DNA from: Candidatus Multivoradales bacterium
Lineage (GTDB): Bacteria; Acidobacteriota; Thermoanaerobaculia; Multivoradales; Multivoraceae
Assembly: GCA_965223325.1 (NCBI GenBank)
Contig: CBDCWI010000001.1
Location: 192,001-256,000, forward strand
DNA: 64,000 nucleotides
Direction: 5' to 3'
In this document: piece by piece, positions 58,675 to 64,000 of the stretch
Numbering within the stretch: position 1 is the first letter of the stretch
Layout of the letters: each line of letters begins with the position of its first letter
Translations under genes and position numbers: made by a program
The notes under the pieces: model-generated
Seen by the model: only the letters and a program-made list of their open reading frames with translations
Databases searched by the model: none
What the model was told of the DNA's origin: nothing

Positions 58675-59148
58675 ATGACCGTCAACGTAAGCAACACCCC
58701 GATCGCAGTTCAGATCACAGCGCAACCCGACTCCTCTCCCATCCGCGACACAGGACTCGAGGGCATCTTCTCCGGCCGAGGTTGCTCTGTCGCCGAAGGC
58801 GGCTGCCACTACCCCGGCGACGTCTACGAGCCCGTTCGACGCCCCGGGCAACGGCCGATCGCGCGCCGCCAGGACTCAATCGCCCGGGTGCTGCAGACTC
58901 TCGTCGATCTCCTGCAGAAGCCCAACCAGGCCGGCGAGCAGCAGAACTCAATGATCGTTCGGCTCTTGCTGAGCCTGGTTGACCGAATTGAGCCCAGCAT
59001 CCGGATGCCGCCGGCGCCTGAACTCGAAGCGCTCACCCCGATCAGTGCCGGTCCGCTCACCTTCGCTCCCGAGCCTGGGACCGTTTCTGAACCGCCCCCG
59101 CCAGTGGCCGACCGCACCGACCCCGATGTCAGCCAGACCTACCGGTGA
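58675..59148 (+). CDS. Hypothetical protein, 157 aa
   Basis: RBS aagga before ATG 58675; fills an otherwise empty gap; amphipathic helices (IARVLQTLVDLLQ, MIVRLLLSLVD) and a Pro-rich tail. Confidence 0.6.
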   Translation: MTVNVSNTPIAVQITAQPDSSPIRDTGLEGIFSGRGCSVAEGGCHYPGDVYEPVRRPGQRPIARRQDSIARVLQTLVDLLQKPNQAGEQQNSMIVRLLLSLVDRIEPSIRMPPAPELEALTPISAGPLTFAPEPGTVSEPPPPVADRTDPDVSQTYR

Positions 59149-59173
59149 CCAGAACTCAACAATGACCGTGAAC

Positions 59174-60646
59174 TCAGCCGTCGACGAAGGACCGCACGCG
59201 GTCCTCGTCGTCGCGCTGGGTCAAAAGGCTCACGAGGACCAGCATCACGGTGTTGGCTAGAAGCCCCCAGATCCCTTCATGCATACCGGCAACCGGGGAG
59301 GCCTCGGGGCGCAGAAAGAAGAACGTGTTGACCACGAGCCCCGCGGTCAGCCCAGCGATTGCGCCGGCTTTCGTTGCCCTTCGCCAATAGAACGCTGCCA
59401 GGACCACCGGCATGATCTGGGCGACGCCGCCGTAGGCGGCCAGTAGGAGCTCGACCAGGCCGGTCTCACTCATCACGGCCAACCAGAAGGCTGAGGCCGC
59501 CAGCACGACCACGAACACCCGGATCCAGAAGCGCTGCCTGATGTCGTCGAGCCGCCCGGGAAAGGCCTGGACCAGCCCGTCGCGAACGCCGATTGACGCG
59601 GCGGCATGCAGAATCGAGTCGCCCGAAGACATCGACGCCGCCAGGGTACCCGCACACACCAGGCCAACGAGCAGGGGCGAGAACTCGGTGTTGGTGAGCA
59701 GGAACGGCAAGATGCGATCGGCCGGTTCGACCCCCGGATAGACCAGAACACCGGCGAAGCCGATGAACAGAATCGGCACCAGAAAGAGCTGAAACGTCGG
59801 GTACAGAACCACCGTCAGTTTGAGCGCCCGCTCAGAGCGCGCCGCGAAGGCGCGCATGAACGTGTGCGGCCAGACCACAAACCCGACCGCCGAGACCACG
59901 ATCGCCGAACCGAAGGCAGCCCAGGTCCAGCTGCTGCCGGCGCCGTCGAGCCCCGGCATGACCAGGAGCCCCGCCTGGTCGCTGGCGGCGATCGCCTCGA
60001 ACATCTCGCGCACGCCACCGTGTAGCTTGAACGGCAGCCACAGGCCGAGAAACCAAGCGATGATCATCATGAAGAGGCCCTGCAGGGTGTTCGTCCAGCC
60101 AACGCCCAGAACACCCGACACCAGGACATAGAACACCACCACGCCGTAGGTAACGCCGGCGCCGACCGCAAACGGAATGCGACCTTCGGAAAGCGTCTCG
60201 AGAATCAGACCGGCGCCCTTCATCTGGATGACCAGATAGGGAATGAAGACCGCCACAGAGAGGATCGACAGCACCACCGAGAGCCCACGACTGTCGAAAC
60301 GCCAGGCGAGCATCTCAGCCTGGGTGACGAAACCATGCCGGGCTCCCAGCCGCCGCGCGCGGGGGCCGAGAAAGTAGAACGGCATCATGCCGAGGACGCC
60401 ATAGCCGATGATGTAGAGCGCCGCTACGCCCCGTGAGTAGGCCCAACCGGGCCCGCCCAGGAAGGCGAACGACGAGAAGATCGACGCGCCGAGCACGAAG
60501 TACAAGACGAACGGGTTCATCGAGCGATCGGCGGCGACATAGCCGGTCACGCTGCTGGTGGTACTAAGAGCCGGAAGGACTCCCGCCACAAGCGTGATCA
60601 GGAGATAGACGGCACAAACGACGACCGCCACCATCCAGGTCTCCAC
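59174..60646 (-). CDS. Sodium:solute symporter family protein
   Basis: SSFAFLGGPG, AASMSSGDS, YWRRATKAGA; about 13 TM segments. Confidence 0.92.
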   Translation of the reverse strand: METWMVAVVVCAVYLLITLVAGVLPALSTTSSVTGYVAADRSMNPFVLYFVLGASIFSSFAFLGGPGWAYSRGVAALYIIGYGVLGMMPFYFLGPRARRLGARHGFVTQAEMLAWRFDSRGLSVVLSILSVAVFIPYLVIQMKGAGLILETLSEGRIPFAVGAGVTYGVVVFYVLVSGVLGVGWTNTLQGLFMMIIAWFLGLWLPFKLHGGVREMFEAIAASDQAGLLVMPGLDGAGSSWTWAAFGSAIVVSAVGFVVWPHTFMRAFAARSERALKLTVVLYPTFQLFLVPILFIGFAGVLVYPGVEPADRILPFLLTNTEFSPLLVGLVCAGTLAASMSSGDSILHAAASIGVRDGLVQAFPGRLDDIRQRFWIRVFVVVLAASAFWLAVMSETGLVELLLAAYGGVAQIMPVVLAAFYWRRATKAGAIAGLTAGLVVNTFFFLRPEASPVAGMHEGIWGLLANTVMLVLVSLLTQRDDEDRVRSFVDG

Positions 60647-60874
60647 TCAGGACTCTCCCTCTGACGGCGAGTCGCCATGCGAAGAATCAACCAGAAAGAG
60701 AACCAGCACAGAGGTAAAGCCCAGCGCCAGCTGGGCGAGGACCCACAGGAACGGCTGCGGCAGACCAAGGGCGGCGAGCTCAGGCGCCCAGACGCGGGGC
60801 CAGGGGAGAATCAAGGCAAGGGCCATCGCGACATGAAGCGCGACGACCAGAGCAGCCAGGCGATGGCGCCTCAA
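60647..60874 (-). CDS. Small two-TM partner protein of the SSS transporter
   Basis: 75 aa, two hydrophobic segments around LGLP, abuts the symporter start. Confidence 0.65.
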   Translation of the reverse strand: MRRHRLAALVVALHVAMALALILPWPRVWAPELAALGLPQPFLWVLAQLALGFTSVLVLFLVDSSHGDSPSEGES

Positions 60875-61845
60875 TCGATGGGCGCCTGCTCGCCGGGCTC
60901 TTGCACCGCACTCAAGTAGAGCAAGGCGCGCTCCGGCTGGCGTGACACTGTCGTCAACTGGTTGGCGGCCTGAAGCACATCGCGGCGACTCACCTGACCG
61001 ACGAGCCGCTCGCCATCGACGACCGGTAGGCGGCGATAGTTGGTGCTCAGAAAGATCTGCGCGATGGACAAGAGGTCGGCATCTGGGGCGATCGTGCGCG
61101 CGTTCGTATCCATGAACGCCTTCACCTCGGTGGTGGGCAGCCCTCCGTGACTGGGCTGGTCGCGGTTTTCACTGCGGGTGATCTCGGAGGAAAGGTCGAG
61201 CAGCTCGCGGTCGCTCTGGAAAGCCTCCGCCAGGTGGTGATCTGCACGCAGCACATCGCGACGACTGATCTGGCCAACCAGGGCACCATTCGCGATGACC
61301 GGCAAACGTCGATAGTGCGTCGAGGTGAAGATCTGAGCGATCGAAAAGAGGCCCGCGTCGTCTGCCACGGTGCGCCCCATGTCGGTGTTCATCATTTCCT
61401 TGACCGGCGCGCCGGGCGTTCCCTCGAGGGCAGCCTGAATGAGCGAGCGCATGCCATAGCGCTCTGAGAAAACTCCCAGCAAACGGCCCTCGTCGTCGAC
61501 CACCGGAGCGCCCGAGATCCGCCGCCGTAGCAGCACATCGATCGCTTCGTAGACGTCTGTTTGAGGCCCGAAGGTCACCAACTTCGAAACCATGATGTCG
61601 CGCGCCAAAAGGGACTCGGCCGCCTCGCCGCGATCAGCTCGCAGGCGCGCCGAAAGCGCCAGGACCGAGAGACAGCACTTTTCAGACAAGACCCCCAGGT
61701 ACTTGCGACCCTCGCCGATCACCGGCGCTCCGGTCACGTTGTGATGCAACAGGGTGTGGATCCCGTCGAATACGTGTTGTTCAGGACCTACGGTGACCAG
61801 CTTTTCGCTGACCATGATGTCGCGGGCGGTGCGAGGTCGTTCCAT
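60871..61845 (-). CDS. CBS-domain protein (four CBS motifs)
   Basis: ARDIMVS x2, GAPV x2, YRRLPV x2, GQ(I/V)SRRDVL x2; RBS gaggag. Confidence 0.9.
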   Translation of the reverse strand: MERPRTARDIMVSEKLVTVGPEQHVFDGIHTLLHHNVTGAPVIGEGRKYLGVLSEKCCLSVLALSARLRADRGEAAESLLARDIMVSKLVTFGPQTDVYEAIDVLLRRRISGAPVVDDEGRLLGVFSERYGMRSLIQAALEGTPGAPVKEMMNTDMGRTVADDAGLFSIAQIFTSTHYRRLPVIANGALVGQISRRDVLRADHHLAEAFQSDRELLDLSSEITRSENRDQPSHGGLPTTEVKAFMDTNARTIAPDADLLSIAQIFLSTNYRRLPVVDGERLVGQVSRRDVLQAANQLTTVSRQPERALLYLSAVQEPGEQAPID

Positions 61846-61950
61846 GACTGTCCTCCTCACGCCCTGGACCAATGGCGTCCAGGCGGTCTGTGGTGGTGTC
61901 TGTCCTACCAGTCTAGCGGAGCGTAGGAAACTCCCTGCGGCTAAGGCGGT

Positions 61951-62514
61951 TCAGCCACTTTGTTCCACGGAACCGTGCTCCTCGAGACCGTGCTCCTCCA
62001 AGACAGTGTCGATCACCAGGTCGTGTGCCACCCGATCGAGCGCCTCCTTGAGCTCTCGCGTCCCGACCTCCCGGGGCACGCTCAAGAGGAGGTGTGCCTT
62101 GAAGAGCTTCTCACCCGACATCGGCGCGCTCGAGACATCACTGTCGAGAGATTCCACATTGACCGACAACTCGGCGAGAGCCGCCGCGACATGACGAACG
62201 ATGCCGGGGCGATCCTGGCCTACCAGTTCGAGTTCGATCTTATGTGTTCCGGCGCCAGCTGGCGGAGCCGCTTCGCCCGCCTGCTCGACCACCACATGGA
62301 GCCCCTGGCCGCCGAGGGCAGAAAGCGCCGCCGCAAGGTCATCGGCACGGTCCTCTGGAACCTGCACGCGCAACAGACCCGCGAACTGCCCCCCGAGGTG
62401 CGCCATACGGCTCTCGAGCCAGTTGGCATCGTGGGAGAGAACCGCGGTCGAGATCGCCTCGACCAGGCCCGGGCGGTCGGGCCCGATGAGAGTGAGTACG
62501 AGGTCGCGCTGCAT
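61951..62514 (-). CDS. gcvR: Tandem ACT-domain protein, GcvR-like
   Basis: GPDRPGLV and GQDRPGIV ACT motifs, NWLESRM, SAPMSGE. Confidence 0.8.
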   Translation of the reverse strand: MQRDLVLTLIGPDRPGLVEAISTAVLSHDANWLESRMAHLGGQFAGLLRVQVPEDRADDLAAALSALGGQGLHVVVEQAGEAAPPAGAGTHKIELELVGQDRPGIVRHVAAALAELSVNVESLDSDVSSAPMSGEKLFKAHLLLSVPREVGTRELKEALDRVAHDLVIDTVLEEHGLEEHGSVEQSG

Positions 62515-62546
62515 GGAAACTCCAGTTTGATCGAAAACTCTCGAAC

Positions 62547-64000
62547 TCAGTCGAGGATGTACCCGGCGGCGAGTTGATGGAAGGCTTCGACTTGTTCTTT
62601 CTGCCAGGAAGCGTCACGCGAGAGCGCGTCCGCCATCAACTCAGCCACCCGTGGAGCGATCTCGAGACTAGCGCGCGCGTCGAACAGCAGACTGCGCGTG
62701 CGCCGCGACAAGAAATCTTCGACGGTGCGCGCCATCTCCTCTTCAACCGCCCAGACGACCTCGCCTGCCAGCGGACGCAGATCGCGATGAAGTCGTTGGT
62801 CGAGGCCGCGTGATCCGTCGGGGTCCAGGACCCGCAGAAGGTCACGAACGGAAGGGGCGTCAGCGCCGTAGCAAGCCAGTTCGCCGAAAGACCCGGCGTC
62901 GCGATGGTAACCGTGGAGCTCGAGCGTATGGGTTCGGCAGGGTCGCGATGCCAGACCTCCGAGAAGAGCGGCCTGATCGACGGCGTCCTCGGCCATCTTG
63001 CGGTAGGTGGTCCACTTGCCGCCGGCAACCGTCAACAACCCGCTCGACGAAATGTGGATGGTGTGATCGCGCGAGATCGACTTCGAATCCGGGTTGTCCG
63101 GGTCACCGACCAGCGGTCTCACTCCGGCAAAGACACTTCTTACGTCGCTCCTCTCCGGATCGCGGGTCAGGTAGCGCGCCGCATGCTCGATCAAGAAGTC
63201 GACTTCGGCGTCGAACGGGCGGGGCTCAACCGGCACCTCGGGAATCGGCGTATCGGTCGTCCCGACGACCACGACGTCGTACCAGGGAATCGCAAACAGA
63301 ACGCGACCGTCATCGGTGTGCGGCACCATGATCGCTGCGTCGCCGCCGAGGAAGTCATGCGGCAGAACGATGTGCACGCCCTGACTCGGGCGCACCATCG
63401 GCGGCGCCTCGGAATCGTCGAGGCGCCGTACACCGTCAACGAACGGCCCGGTTGCGTTGATGACCACCGCCGCACCGAGTTCGAAGTCTTCGCCACTCTC
63501 TTTACACCGAGCAGTAACTCCACTGACCTCGCCGCGAGCGTCATGCACCAGGGCGGTCACCTCGACGTAGTTGCAAACCGTCGCCCCAAGTGAGACGGCG
63601 GTCTGCGCCATGTCGAGCGCTAAGCGCGCGTCGTCGAACTGGCCGTCGTAGTAAAGCGTACCCCCGCGCAGGCCGTCCTTCTCGATCGTCGGTAGAGCCG
63701 CAACCGTCTCCTCGAGCGACAGGTTCTTGGACTTGCCGAAGCCATGTCGACCGGCCAGAAGGTCATAGACCTTGAGGCCCACGCCGTAGAAGGGTGCCTC
63801 CCACCACTCGTAGTTGGGCACCACGAAGGGTAGGTCGTGCACCAGGTGGGGCGCGTTCTGGCGCAGCAGCCCGCGTTCTTCGAGCGCCTCGAGGACCAGC
63901 GAGACGTTGCCCTGCTGCAGGTAGCGGACGCCCCCATGGACCAGCTTGGTCGAACGACTCGAGGTGCCCTGGGCGAAGTCTGCGCGTTCGAGGAGGGTCG
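62547..64000 (-). CDS. glpD: FAD-dependent glycerol-3-phosphate dehydrogenase/oxidase (5' end off window)
   Basis: Minus-strand edge reads DFAQGTSSRSTKLVHGGVRYL; DGQFDDAR, NATGPF, GTTD, GGKWTTYR. Confidence 0.95.
   Translation of the reverse strand, partial: TLLERADFAQGTSSRSTKLVHGGVRYLQQGNVSLVLEALEERGLLRQNAPHLVHDLPFVVPNYEWWEAPFYGVGLKVYDLLAGRHGFGKSKNLSLEETVAALPTIEKDGLRGGTLYYDGQFDDARLALDMAQTAVSLGATVCNYVEVTALVHDARGEVSGVTARCKESGEDFELGAAVVINATGPFVDGVRRLDDSEAPPMVRPSQGVHIVLPHDFLGGDAAIMVPHTDDGRVLFAIPWYDVVVVGTTDTPIPEVPVEPRPFDAEVDFLIEHAARYLTRDPERSDVRSVFAGVRPLVGDPDNPDSKSISRDHTIHISSSGLLTVAGGKWTTYRKMAEDAVDQAALLGGLASRPCRTHTLELHGYHRDAGSFGELACYGADAPSVRDLLRVLDPDGSRGLDQRLHRDLRPLAGEVVWAVEEEMARTVEDFLSRRTRSLLFDARASLEIAPRVAELMADALSRDASWQKEQVEAFHQLAAGYILD

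Overview
GC-rich bacterial chromosomal window of about 45 genes. The cinA-plsY-gpsA-guaA order and the many secreted amidohydrolase/BNR proteins suggest Acidobacteriota, possibly Thermoanaerobaculia (inference only). Housekeeping genes: thiD, guaA, gpsA, plsY, cinA, fabI, mtaB, rpmB, rpsN, rpmE2, glpD. There is a dense set of amide/peptide hydrolases (two M20, D-aminoacylase, penicillin-acylase family, serine hydrolase, amidohydrolase pair), a two-permease RND pump bracketed by two similar stand-alone receiver domains, a YdbS/YdbT pair and a sodium:solute symporter. Most worth following up: (1) a RAYT-like HUH (Y1) transposase flanked symmetrically by three short GAAAGTC-N4-CGAC REP-like hairpins; (2) a flippase-JAB-[ubiquitin-like/E1/rhodanese fusion]-MBL hydrolase gene string with an internal Gly-Gly and no sulfur-acceptor enzyme in view; (3) two orphan ParA paralogs behind a 19-bp tandem repeat; (4) two orphan proteins sharing a non-Sec N-terminal signature, one carrying a DUF6765-like metal-dependent domain; (5) candidate structured RNAs around the RND locus. 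No rRNA, tRNA or CRISPR array was recognised. All family calls come from reading motifs by eye, not from database searches.
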